In this document: piece after piece, positions 7,683 through 17,523 of the stretch | Position numbering within the stretch: position 1 is the stretch's first letter | Layout: each line of letters begins with the position of its first letter | Assembly: GCA_965203445.1 (NCBI GenBank) | Contig: OZ241883.1 | Span: 896,001 to 960,000 of the forward strand | Direction of reading: 5' to 3' | Length of the DNA stretch: 64,000 nt | Origin: Candidatus Oxydemutator sp. | GTDB taxonomy: Bacteria > Pseudomonadota > Gammaproteobacteria > Poriferisulfidales > Oxydemutatoraceae | Made by a program: the position numbers and the translations under genes | Notes under the pieces: model-generated | Told to the model about the DNA's origin: nothing | Seen by the model: only the letters and a program-made list of their open reading frames with translations | Databases searched by the model: none

Positions 7683-10600
7683 ATGAGCACGCCATCATTC
7701 TTTGAGCGCCCGATTCTGAACTCGCCTTACGAATATCCGCGCAGGCATTGGGAGCTTGACGACGCCGGCCAGCCCACGCAAGAGATCATCGAGAGGCGCC
7801 GGAGCGCCGACTTCATCACGCCGATACCGAAATCGAAGAAGAGAAAATCCGAGCGCAAAACAGACGAACTGGTATTCGACGAAGGCGCGGGGCTTTCCGA
7901 CGAGAAGCAGCAATACCATACGAAGATCATCAACGGCGTCCGCCAGCAGGTGGATCGCTGGCGCGAACTGCCCGCTTCTCAGTGGCGCGTCACGGCGGAT
8001 ACCGCGCTCCTGTTGCGGCACTGGCGCCATCACAAGTTCGGCGCCATCCGCCCGTTTTTCTGCCAGGTCGAGGCCGTCGAGACCGCCATCTGGCTGACCG
8101 AGGTCGCGCCGCATACAGGCAACGTCGGCAAACCCTTTCTCGAGCACCTTGCCAACGCCAGCCGCGACGCCAACCCGGAACTATTACGGATCGCGCTCAA
8201 ACTGGCGACCGGCGCGGGCAAGACCACGGTCATGGCGATGCTCATCGCGTGGCAGACCATCAACGCCGTACGCCATCCGCAGAGCAAAAAGTTCACGCGC
8301 GGGTTTTTAGTGGTGACACCGGGCTTGACGATCCGCGACCGCCTGCGCGTGCTACAGCCGAACGACCTCCACAGTTACTACCGCAGCCGCGAGCTGGTTC
8401 CCGCCGACATGATGGGCGAGCTTGACCGCGCCGAAATAGTCATCACCAATTTCCACGCCTTCAAGCAGCGCGAGCGCCTCGAAGTCAGCACGGGCGGGCG
8501 CAGGCTGCTGCAAGGCCGCGGCCGCGCGCCGCTGAACACGCTGGAGACCGAGGGCCAGATGCTGCGACGGATCATGCCGCAACTGATGAACATGAAGAAC
8601 GTGCTCGTGCTCAACGACGAGGCCCACCACTGCTACCGCGAGAAATCGGGCGAGTCCGAAGAAGAGAAACGCACCGGAGACGAACGCAAAGAGGCAAAGA
8701 AAAACCAGGAGGCGGCGCGCCTGTGGATCTCCGGGCTGGAGGCGGTCAAGCGGAAGATCGGCATCGAGCGTGTGTTCGACCTTTCCGCGACCCCGTTTTT
8801 CCTGAGCGGTTCCGGCTATGCGGAAGGCACCCTGTTTCCGTGGACGATGAGCGACTTCTCGCTGATGGACGCGATTGAGTGCGGCATCGTCAAACTGCCG
8901 CGCGTTCCGGTGGTCGACAATCTGCCGCAAGGCCAGGAGATGCCGATGTTCCGCAATCTGTGGGAACACGTCGGCAGGAAAATGCCGAAGAGGGGCCGCA
9001 GCCGGGAAAAGGCGTTGAACCCGGACGACCTGCCGCCGCCGCTGCTCGTCGCGCTGGAGGCGCTGTATGGCCACTACAAGACCACCTTTGATCTCTGGCC
9101 GCGGTCGGAGAACGATGCGCCTCCCTGTTTCATCATCGTGTGCAACAACACGGCGACGTCGAAGCTGATATACGACTATATCGCCGGGTATTGCCGGCAG
9201 AACGAAGACGGCACCGAAATTTTCAGGCCAGGCCGCCTGGAGTTGTTCCGCAACTACGACGAGAACGGAACCCGGTATCCGCGCCCGCGCACGCTGCTGA
9301 TTGACAGCGAGCAGCTGGAATCGGGAGACGCGCTGAGCGCCGACTTCCGCGAGGCGGCGGCGGCTGAGATCGAACAATTCCGGAGTGAAATCATCACGCG
9401 CACCGGCGACAGGCACAAGGCCGAGAACATCAGCAACGAGGATCTGCTGCGCGAGGTCATGAATACCGTCGGCAAGCCGGGGCGCCTGGGCGGCGACGTT
9501 CGCTGCGTCGTTTCCGTCGCGATGCTCACCGAAGGCTGGGACGCGAATACCGTCACCCACGTGCTGGGAGTTCGCGCCTTCGGCACCCAGCTGCTGTGCG
9601 AACAGGTCATAGGCCGCGCCCTGCGCCGCCGCTCTTATGTGCCGAACGAAGACGGGCTGTTCGACGTGGAATACGCCGACGTGTTCGGCATTCCCTTCGA
9701 CTTCACGGCCAAACCCGTCGTGGTAAAGCCGCTGCCGCCGCCGGAAACCATCCAGGTCAAGGCCGTCCGCCCCGAGCGCGACGCGCTGGAAATCCGTTTT
9801 CCGAGGGTCACCGGCTACCGCGTCGAACTCCCCGAGGATCGCCTGACCGCCGAGTTCAACGACGACTCGACGTACGTGCTGACAACCGAAGAGGTGGGCC
9901 CCACGCAGACGCGAAACGAAGGAATCATAGGCGAGGCTGTCGAACTCAACCTTGTCCATACCGGCGCCGTTCGCCAGTCGCAGGTGTTGTATGCGCTTAC
10001 CCACCAGTTGCTGAAAGAATGGCGCGACAAAAACGGAATGCCGGAGATTCACCTGTTCGGCCAGCTAAAACGCATCACGCGCCAATGGCTGGATAACCAT
10101 CTGGTATGCAAGGGAGGGACGCGCCCGGCCCAGCTGATGTACAAGCCAATCGCGGCCAGGGCTTGCGAGCGCATCATGACCGCAATCAACAGAGCGGAGA
10201 CCGAGAAAGGCAATAAGCCATACGCGATTCTCGACCCCTACAACCCGACCGGTTCGACGGCGCACGTGAACTTCACCACCTCGAAGCAGGACTGCTACAA
10301 GACCGACGCCCAGCGTTGCCACGTCAACTGGGTGATACTCGACAGCGACTGGGAGGCGGAGTTCTGCCGCGTCGCCGAGGCGCATCCGCGCGTGAAGGCG
10401 TACGTGAAAAATCACAATCTGGGGCTGGAAGTGCCGTACCGCGACGGCTCGCAAATGCGCACCTATATCCCGGATTTCATCGTTCTGGTGGACGACGGGC
10501 GCGGCGACGACGACCCGCTGCACCTTGTCGTCGAGATCAAAGGCTACCGGGGAGAGAACGCCAAAGACAAAAAGAACACGATGGAAACCTATTGGGTGGA

Positions 10601-10742
10601 CGGCGTCAACAATCTCGGCAGCCACGGCCGCTGGGATTTTGCCGAGTTCACCGACGTGTATGAAATACAGTCCGACTTTGCAAGCAAGGTAGAGGAGAAA
10701 TTCAACTTACGTTATAAAAACCCGCGCAGGGGGCGGAGCTGA
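7683..10742 (+). CDS. Type III restriction enzyme Res subunit (BPTD_3080-like; SF2 helicase + PD-(D/E)xK nuclease)
   Basis: LATGAGKT, NDEAHH, LSATP, MLTEGWD, EQVIGRALRR, YIPDF...VEIKG. Confidence 0.9.
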   Translation: MSTPSFFERPILNSPYEYPRRHWELDDAGQPTQEIIERRRSADFITPIPKSKKRKSERKTDELVFDEGAGLSDEKQQYHTKIINGVRQQVDRWRELPASQWRVTADTALLLRHWRHHKFGAIRPFFCQVEAVETAIWLTEVAPHTGNVGKPFLEHLANASRDANPELLRIALKLATGAGKTTVMAMLIAWQTINAVRHPQSKKFTRGFLVVTPGLTIRDRLRVLQPNDLHSYYRSRELVPADMMGELDRAEIVITNFHAFKQRERLEVSTGGRRLLQGRGRAPLNTLETEGQMLRRIMPQLMNMKNVLVLNDEAHHCYREKSGESEEEKRTGDERKEAKKNQEAARLWISGLEAVKRKIGIERVFDLSATPFFLSGSGYAEGTLFPWTMSDFSLMDAIECGIVKLPRVPVVDNLPQGQEMPMFRNLWEHVGRKMPKRGRSREKALNPDDLPPPLLVALEALYGHYKTTFDLWPRSENDAPPCFIIVCNNTATSKLIYDYIAGYCRQNEDGTEIFRPGRLELFRNYDENGTRYPRPRTLLIDSEQLESGDALSADFREAAAAEIEQFRSEIITRTGDRHKAENISNEDLLREVMNTVGKPGRLGGDVRCVVSVAMLTEGWDANTVTHVLGVRAFGTQLLCEQVIGRALRRRSYVPNEDGLFDVEYADVFGIPFDFTAKPVVVKPLPPPETIQVKAVRPERDALEIRFPRVTGYRVELPEDRLTAEFNDDSTYVLTTEEVGPTQTRNEGIIGEAVELNLVHTGAVRQSQVLYALTHQLLKEWRDKNGMPEIHLFGQLKRITRQWLDNHLVCKGGTRPAQLMYKPIAARACERIMTAINRAETEKGNKPYAILDPYNPTGSTAHVNFTTSKQDCYKTDAQRCHVNWVILDSDWEAEFCRVAEAHPRVKAYVKNHNLGLEVPYRDGSQMRTYIPDFIVLVDDGRGDDDPLHLVVEIKGYRGENAKDKKNTMETYWVDGVNNLGSHGRWDFAEFTDVYEIQSDFASKVEEKFNLRYKNPRRGRS

Positions 10743-10744
10743 CA

Positions 10745-13609
10745 ATGGCGAAGAGAGCGAAGAAGGCAAAGAAGAAAAGCATCAAAACGCTGGCCCACAA
10801 AGAGGCAAAGCGTTCGAACATTCCGACGGCCGAGCATCAGTCGGTGATGACAGGCGAGGAGCAGAATCCGGTTCCGGTAACGTATAAGCGCAACCGCGAC
10901 CTCGATCCGCAGCTCGTCTGGCGCGGTAAGGACGAGCAGGACTGGTCGGATCTGGTGGTGCCGGCGCCGCCGCTGTACATTCAGGAGAAGGTTCATCCGA
11001 AGGTGCTGATTGACGATCTTGCGCGTCGCAGCCGCGAGCTGGAAGCGGAGGCCGGGGCGGGGGCCGCCGGCACCACGGAGGATCAGACCGATCTGTTCGC
11101 CGACTTCAACGGCCTGCCGGACGACGGCGCCCGCACCGAGTTCTACCGCCACGACGCCAACTGGTCGAACCGGATGATCCTGGGCGACTGCCTGCAAGCG
11201 ATGACGTCGCTGGCGGAACGCGAGGGACTGCGCGGCAAAGTGCAGTGCATCTACATTGATCCGCCCTATGGCATCAAGTTCAACTCGAACTTCCAGTGGT
11301 CCACCACCAGCCGCAACGTGACGGACGGCCAGACCGATCACATCACGCGGGAACCGGAGCAGGTGAAGGCGTTTCGGGATACCTGGCGGGACGAGATACA
11401 TTCGTATCTGACGTATCTGCGCGACCGGTTGACAGTGGCGCGGGATCTGTTGACCGAGAGCGGATCGGTGTTCGTGCAGATCGGGGATGAGAACGTGCAC
11501 CGGGTAAGGGCGGTGATGGATGAGGTTTTTGGGGACAGCAATTTCGTCAGTGAGATAGTTTTCACAAAGACACGCTCGTTGGTTTCCTCAGATTTTGTGA
11601 CAACAATATGCGACTATATTCTTTGGTACGCGAAGAACAAAGATTCCGCAAAAGGAAAGATGCGAAAGATATTTCTGCAAAGGCAAGACAATTATTTAGC
11701 TTCACATTTTGAAAATCCTGCTGGGGAAATTTTGACCACTCGTGAGCATAGACTGAGACAACAAAACGGCGAGTCTGTTGACGAGTATAAACCGTTTAAA
11801 TCGGATGATTTAATTCGCCGCCCGAACCCTGAAGTCAGCTTTAATTGGCAAGGCAGGGAAATTACAGGGCGATTCCGGACGAACGAGTTAGGAATCACCA
11901 GAGCCTTACAAGCCAACAGAATTTTGTTCACCAAATCAGGGATTCGCTACAAATTTTTCCTTGATGACTTTGCCGTATCACCCCTCAATCATCTGTGGCA
12001 GGATGTAATCGGCGCACAAAATCCGACCTATGTAGTACAGACAAACAATACGGTCATCCAACGCTGCATCCTCATGACCACCGACCCCGGCGACCTCGTC
12101 CTCGACCCCACCTGCGGTTCCGGCACCACCGCCTATGTCGCCGAGCAATGGGGCCGACGCTGGATCACCATGGACACCTCCCGCGTCGCCCTCGCGCTGG
12201 CCCGCGCCCGCATCATGGGCGCCCGCTATCCCTACTACCTGCTGGCCGACAGCCGCGAAGGGCAACGCAAAGAAGCCGAACTCGCCCGCAAAGCGCCGTC
12301 GGAAATGCCGACTTACGGCGACATCCGCCAAGGCTTCGTCTACAAGCGCGTCCCCCATATCACCCTCAAAGCCATCGCCAACAACGCCGAGATTGACGTT
12401 ATCCACGACAAGTTTCAGGAAACCCTCGAGCGCTTGCGAACCGACCTCAATGCCGCCGCCGGAACCGACTGGCAGGAATGGCAGGTGCCGCGCGAAGAAC
12501 AGGAATCGTGGTCGCAGGAGACGCGCGAACTTCACGCCGAATGGTGGAAAACCCGGATCGAACGGCAACGGGAGATGGACGCCTCCATCGCCGCCCACGC
12601 CGACTACGAATACCTCTACGACAAACCATACGAGGACAAAAGCGTGGTGCGCGTGGCCGGCCCGTTCACGGTCGAGAGCCTGTCCCCCCACCGCGTCCTG
12701 GCCGTAGATGAAAACGACGAACCGATAATGAGAGTAGCCGATTCTCATCCCGACTACGGCGCCGACAACTTCGTCAGGATGATTTTCGAGAACTTGAAAA
12801 CCGCGGGCGTGCAGCAGGCGGACAAGAAAGGCAGGATCAAGTTCACGTCGCTCACGCCCTGGCCCGGACACTGGGTCTGCGCCGAGGGGCGCTATATCGA
12901 AGGGGACGCCGAGGGTGCCGATGGCGCCGCCGCCACTGAAAAACGCGCCGCGATTTTCATCGGCCCGGAGTTCGGCACCGTCTCGCGCCCCGATCTGGTC
13001 GCGGCCGTAAAAGAGGCCGCCGACGCCGGTTTCGACGTGCTCATCGCCTGCGCCTTCAACTACGACGCCCACTCCTCGGAGTTCAACAAGCTCAGGAAGA
13101 TCCAGGTGCTCAAGGCACGCATGAACGCCGACCTGCACATGGCCGAAGACCTGAAAAACACCGGCGAAGGCAACCTGTTCATCATCTTCGGCGAACCGGA
13201 TATAGAGATCCTCAGACCGGGTGACAAAGACGCAACGGGCGACGAGACGGACGACGGAGCAGGCGACACGATGGGCGACAACGAGATTCGAGTCCGAGTG
13301 CGCGGCGTGGACGTGTTCCACCCACAACAAGGAAAAGTGCAATCCGACGGCCCCGAAGGCATCGCCTGCTGGTTCATAGACACCGACTACAACGAAGAAA
13401 GTTTCTTCGTCCGCCAAGCCTACTTCCTCGGCGCCAACGACCCCTACAAAAAACTGAAAACAACACTCAAAGCCGAAATAAACCAGGAAGCCTGGGCCAC
13501 CCTGAACCGCAACACATCCCGCCCCTTCCCCAAACCCCAATCCGGCCGAATAGCCGTAAAAGTAATCAACCACCTCGGCGACGAAGTCATGAAGGTATAC
13601 CGGGTATAA
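10745..13609 (+). CDS. Type III modification methylase (Mod, beta-class N6 MTase)
   Basis: IYIDPPYG, LDPTCGSGTT, C-terminal IAVKVINHLGDE; low-GC central target-recognition region. Confidence 0.92.
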   Translation: MAKRAKKAKKKSIKTLAHKEAKRSNIPTAEHQSVMTGEEQNPVPVTYKRNRDLDPQLVWRGKDEQDWSDLVVPAPPLYIQEKVHPKVLIDDLARRSRELEAEAGAGAAGTTEDQTDLFADFNGLPDDGARTEFYRHDANWSNRMILGDCLQAMTSLAEREGLRGKVQCIYIDPPYGIKFNSNFQWSTTSRNVTDGQTDHITREPEQVKAFRDTWRDEIHSYLTYLRDRLTVARDLLTESGSVFVQIGDENVHRVRAVMDEVFGDSNFVSEIVFTKTRSLVSSDFVTTICDYILWYAKNKDSAKGKMRKIFLQRQDNYLASHFENPAGEILTTREHRLRQQNGESVDEYKPFKSDDLIRRPNPEVSFNWQGREITGRFRTNELGITRALQANRILFTKSGIRYKFFLDDFAVSPLNHLWQDVIGAQNPTYVVQTNNTVIQRCILMTTDPGDLVLDPTCGSGTTAYVAEQWGRRWITMDTSRVALALARARIMGARYPYYLLADSREGQRKEAELARKAPSEMPTYGDIRQGFVYKRVPHITLKAIANNAEIDVIHDKFQETLERLRTDLNAAAGTDWQEWQVPREEQESWSQETRELHAEWWKTRIERQREMDASIAAHADYEYLYDKPYEDKSVVRVAGPFTVESLSPHRVLAVDENDEPIMRVADSHPDYGADNFVRMIFENLKTAGVQQADKKGRIKFTSLTPWPGHWVCAEGRYIEGDAEGADGAAATEKRAAIFIGPEFGTVSRPDLVAAVKEAADAGFDVLIACAFNYDAHSSEFNKLRKIQVLKARMNADLHMAEDLKNTGEGNLFIIFGEPDIEILRPGDKDATGDETDDGAGDTMGDNEIRVRVRGVDVFHPQQGKVQSDGPEGIACWFIDTDYNEESFFVRQAYFLGANDPYKKLKTTLKAEINQEAWATLNRNTSRPFPKPQSGRIAVKVINHLGDEVMKVYRV

Positions 13610-13614
13610 ACCAA

Positions 13615-16600
13615 ATGCAATTCATAAAAAACGGCCCCAACGTCCCCGACCGCCTCCTACACCTGCACGAGAAAGGTAGCGTCGTGTTCTTCTGCGGCGC
13701 GGGCATCTCCCACCCGGCGGGGCTGCGTGGTTTTAAGAGTCTGGTCGAGGAAGTTTTCGAGCGATTTCCCGAATACCCCGATGCAGAGCAGGATGCTGCG
13801 ATGAAAGCACGTCGGTTCGATGAAGCGATCTGGTTGTTGGAAAATGAAGTCGTCGGAGGCAAGAAAAGAGTGCGCCAAATTTTGGCAGAAATCCTTACCC
13901 TCTCATCCAACGAATCAAATGCCACTGCCACTCATGAGGCGCTTTTACGCCTTGGCACAAACCGGGATGGTCGCGTTCGCTTGGTCACAACAAATTTTGA
14001 CCGTCTGTTTAAAAAGACTATTGCTGAAAAATCTTTGGACGTCAAACCTTTCCGGGCCCCTTTATTGCCTGTACTGAAGAGCGGCTGGAACGGTCTTGTT
14101 TATCTTCATGGGCTATTGCCAGAGGAACCAACGTCTGAGAAGTCAACCACCGAAGAACTCTATAACCTTGTAGTTTCGAGCGCTGATTTTGGGCGTGCAT
14201 ACCTGACGGGAGGGTGGGCGGAACGCTTCATCAGCGAGTTACTTCACAACTACACCATATGCTTCATCGGTTACAGCCTCAATGATCCGATGATGCGTTA
14301 TATAGTGAACGCATGGGCAGAGGATAGATTGTCGGGCGAATCGGATAAAGAAATTTTTGCATTTGTAGATTATGCCAAAGGTAAAAAATCAACACGGGAG
14401 AGTGAATGGAAAGCGAGGCAGGTGACTCCCATTCTTTATCGAAGATATAACAAACATTTTTATCTTCATAGGACGCTGAAAAAATGGGCGGATATTTATC
14501 AAGACAGTAACGGCAAGGAGAATATTGTTTTGGACTATGCGAAGAAAAATCCCTCTCTGAGCACCAGCAAGGATGATTTCGTTGGTCGCATATTGTGGGC
14601 GCTCAGCGATCCAGGCGGGCTGCCGGCAAAATGTTTTGCCGAACGTGAACGAGTGCCGTCTCTCGATTGGCTGGATGTGCTTTGTGACAATCGTTATGGC
14701 ATGGAGGATCTGGATCGTTTCGGCATAGCGCGTTCCCCCGTGCATGACGCTCAACGCGATCCATTACAGTTCAGTCTCCTGCGAAGGCCTGTTTCTTCTT
14801 GCGATCGTGGGCCTCGAATGGCGCTGGTCGGTGCCAGTGCAGATAGTGTCATATTAGATGACGTCATGCGTCGGCTGGGCGATTGGCTTACACGTCATCT
14901 GAACAACCCGGAGTTGTTGCTCTGGGTGGCCAATCACGGCGGGTGTCTGCATAGCGAGTTTGCCGAAGCAGTGGCAAGGCGATTGGATGAGATTGCCGAA
15001 TTGGAACGTAACGGCAAACAAGATGAGATAGAGCGTACCCGAACCCATGCACCTGACGCAATTCCATCACCGGGAATGCGCACTTACTGGCGGTTGGCCG
15101 TCACTGGACACTTGTCCCGGCAGGATCTTTTCCTGGATTTTTACTTCTGGCGTGATCAGTTTCAGCGCGATGGACTGACTCCCTCTATTCGTATCCGGTT
15201 GTGTGAGATGTTGAGGCCGCGAATTTCCTTAGGGAGAGTAATGACATTATCCGAATCCGATGATGGCTGGCTTGTTCCTGCTCCCGTTCAGGATGAAGAG
15301 GAACCCGCACACTGTATCTGCCCGGAGATAGTGCTTTCGGCCTCTTATGGACGGCATGGTGTTATACGGCATGGTGTTATACGGCATGGCATTCGTCGAA
15401 TGTCCGAAGGGAATCAGCGATGGGGGAAAGCCTTGCCTGACCTCATGGAAGCCATGAACATGTTGCTGCGAGAGACGTTGGATCTAATGTGTGAGCTTGA
15501 AAAAGCCGATGACAAAAGCGACCGGACATATATTCAGATGCCGTCAATCAGCGACCATCCGCAGAACAAACACTACAACGAATGGACAATATTGATCACA
15601 TTGTGCAGGGATGCCTGGTTGGCAATGGCAGAGAACAATCCAGATGACGCCCGGTTGGTTGCCGAGCGTTGGTGGCGCGAACCTTATCCGATATTCAAGC
15701 GGCTTGCGCTGTTTGCAGCTGCACAGGACGACGTCATACCTGTTGAGCTGGCACTGGACTGGCTGACCGCTGAGAAGGATGGTTGGTGGTTATGGTCACC
15801 GGAGACAAAGCGCGAAGCGATAAGGCTGCTCGATGCGCTGGCAAGCAGACTGGAAGGATCGAACCTCGCAAAAATAGAGCAGGCTATTTTGCAGGGGCCG
15901 CCACGCGACATGCACGAGGAGGCCACTCAAGAAGAACATTGGAATGATATTGTGGGCCGTAGTATCTGGCTGCGGCTTGCCAAGTTGGAGCGGGCAGGAG
16001 CAGTTCTACATGAAGAGACGCAGACGAGACTCAAGGAGTTGGCTAAGCAAGGTCATGATTGTAGTTTTGAACCAGATCAAAGAGAGGAGTTTCCTATCTG
16101 GATTGAAGCCAGAGAACGGAGCCTGCCCATCCCTCAAGTTGCGCCCCGCCGTCGTCGTGAACTTGTCCAGTGGCTTAGGGAGGATCACAAGTTTGATTTT
16201 GTTGTACGAAAGGATGATTGGAAGTGGCGCTGTCAAAAGAATTTTCCCACTGCGGCTTGTGCGTTATGTGCGCTCGCCAAAGAAGATGTATGGCCGCCTG
16301 ATTGCTGGCGGGCAGCACTTTTTATATGGTCGCAAGAAAGCCCGGATGGTCTGACAAAGAGATCATGGCGTTATCTGGCACCGGTATTGGCTGAGGCACC
16401 GGATGATCTGGTGCAATCGGTTGATCGCCAAATCAGCAGGTGGTTGGAGTCCGTCGCCGCAGTTTTTGACGAGCACGAGGAACTGTTCACCAAGCTATGC
16501 GCCCGTGTTTTGGAATTGAGCAGGCAACAGGGAAACGGCGATGACGAGACTGATGGTGTCAGTAATTTAACTTCGAAAGCGATCAACCACCCCGTCGGCA

Positions 16601-17523
16601 AAGTGACGGAGGCTTTGTTGTGCCGGTGGAACCGGCAGCCGCTTGAGGATAAGCAGGATTTGTCTGACGATTTGCATGACATATTCACCGCCTTGTGCAA
16701 CCCTGACGTTAAAAATTTCTGGCATGGGCGTGTGCTTCTGGCAACGCGGGCTATTGCTCTTTTTCGCGTGGACCGCGAATGGACGACGGAACATTTATTG
16801 CCGCTGTTTGATTGGTACCGTCCTTCGGAAGCTTGCGCCGCATGGCAAGGATTCTTGTGGTCGCTGCATCTGGATCGCCCCTTGGACCGTCCCTTGATGA
16901 AGGCGATCAGGCCCCATTTTCTTGCCACCACGCAACATTATGACGAACTCGACAAATGGAGAGCACAGTACTCTGATTTTCTCGCTATCACGGCGCTTAG
17001 TCAGCCCGATATATTTGACGGAGGGGAGCTTGCGAAAGCGGCCGCTGCTTTACCACCTGAAGGGTTACATCAAACCGCATATACATTAGTACGGGAATTA
17101 GAAAGCGTAGATGAACCGCAGCGCGGTGATTATTGGGAAAACCGCATGCGGCCATGCCTGGAGGCTGCATGGCCGCAATCACGCCATCACGTGACTCCAG
17201 ATATTTCAAGATGCTTCGCCGAGCTATGCGTTGCCACACGCGATAAGTTTCGCAAGGCAATAGAAAAACTTGACTGGTGGCTGCAACGGTTGCCTTACCA
17301 AGGCAGTGCCGTGGGCAATTTGTACGAATATGAGCTTTGTAAAAAGTTTCCTGCTGAAGCCTTGCGTTTTCTGGATAAAACTGTTTCCGATGACTATCAA
17401 TCACTCGATGAGGTGCGTAATTGTCTCCAATCTATTCGCCAAGCCGATTCCGACTTGGCTACCGAACCTGCATTCCAACGCCTCGAAAACATCCTGCGCC
17501 GAGGCGGAATAGAACTCGACTGA
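13615..17523 (+). CDS. Defence-associated sirtuin (SIR2_2 NADase + long helical region, DSR1-like)
   Basis: VVFFCGAGIS, LVTTNFD, YLHG, FIGYSLND; 1302 aa; AINHPVG motif in the C-terminal part; lower GC than flanks. Confidence 0.85.
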   Translation: MQFIKNGPNVPDRLLHLHEKGSVVFFCGAGISHPAGLRGFKSLVEEVFERFPEYPDAEQDAAMKARRFDEAIWLLENEVVGGKKRVRQILAEILTLSSNESNATATHEALLRLGTNRDGRVRLVTTNFDRLFKKTIAEKSLDVKPFRAPLLPVLKSGWNGLVYLHGLLPEEPTSEKSTTEELYNLVVSSADFGRAYLTGGWAERFISELLHNYTICFIGYSLNDPMMRYIVNAWAEDRLSGESDKEIFAFVDYAKGKKSTRESEWKARQVTPILYRRYNKHFYLHRTLKKWADIYQDSNGKENIVLDYAKKNPSLSTSKDDFVGRILWALSDPGGLPAKCFAERERVPSLDWLDVLCDNRYGMEDLDRFGIARSPVHDAQRDPLQFSLLRRPVSSCDRGPRMALVGASADSVILDDVMRRLGDWLTRHLNNPELLLWVANHGGCLHSEFAEAVARRLDEIAELERNGKQDEIERTRTHAPDAIPSPGMRTYWRLAVTGHLSRQDLFLDFYFWRDQFQRDGLTPSIRIRLCEMLRPRISLGRVMTLSESDDGWLVPAPVQDEEEPAHCICPEIVLSASYGRHGVIRHGVIRHGIRRMSEGNQRWGKALPDLMEAMNMLLRETLDLMCELEKADDKSDRTYIQMPSISDHPQNKHYNEWTILITLCRDAWLAMAENNPDDARLVAERWWREPYPIFKRLALFAAAQDDVIPVELALDWLTAEKDGWWLWSPETKREAIRLLDALASRLEGSNLAKIEQAILQGPPRDMHEEATQEEHWNDIVGRSIWLRLAKLERAGAVLHEETQTRLKELAKQGHDCSFEPDQREEFPIWIEARERSLPIPQVAPRRRRELVQWLREDHKFDFVVRKDDWKWRCQKNFPTAACALCALAKEDVWPPDCWRAALFIWSQESPDGLTKRSWRYLAPVLAEAPDDLVQSVDRQISRWLESVAAVFDEHEELFTKLCARVLELSRQQGNGDDETDGVSNLTSKAINHPVGKVTEALLCRWNRQPLEDKQDLSDDLHDIFTALCNPDVKNFWHGRVLLATRAIALFRVDREWTTEHLLPLFDWYRPSEACAAWQGFLWSLHLDRPLDRPLMKAIRPHFLATTQHYDELDKWRAQYSDFLAITALSQPDIFDGGELAKAAAALPPEGLHQTAYTLVRELESVDEPQRGDYWENRMRPCLEAAWPQSRHHVTPDISRCFAELCVATRDKFRKAIEKLDWWLQRLPYQGSAVGNLYEYELCKKFPAEALRFLDKTVSDDYQSLDEVRNCLQSIRQADSDLATEPAFQRLENILRRGGIELD
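15351..15389 (+). repeat. 15-bp in-frame tandem repeat (RHGVI x2.6) in the Sir2 gene
   Basis: ACGGCATGGTGTTAT repeated. Confidence 0.85.
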
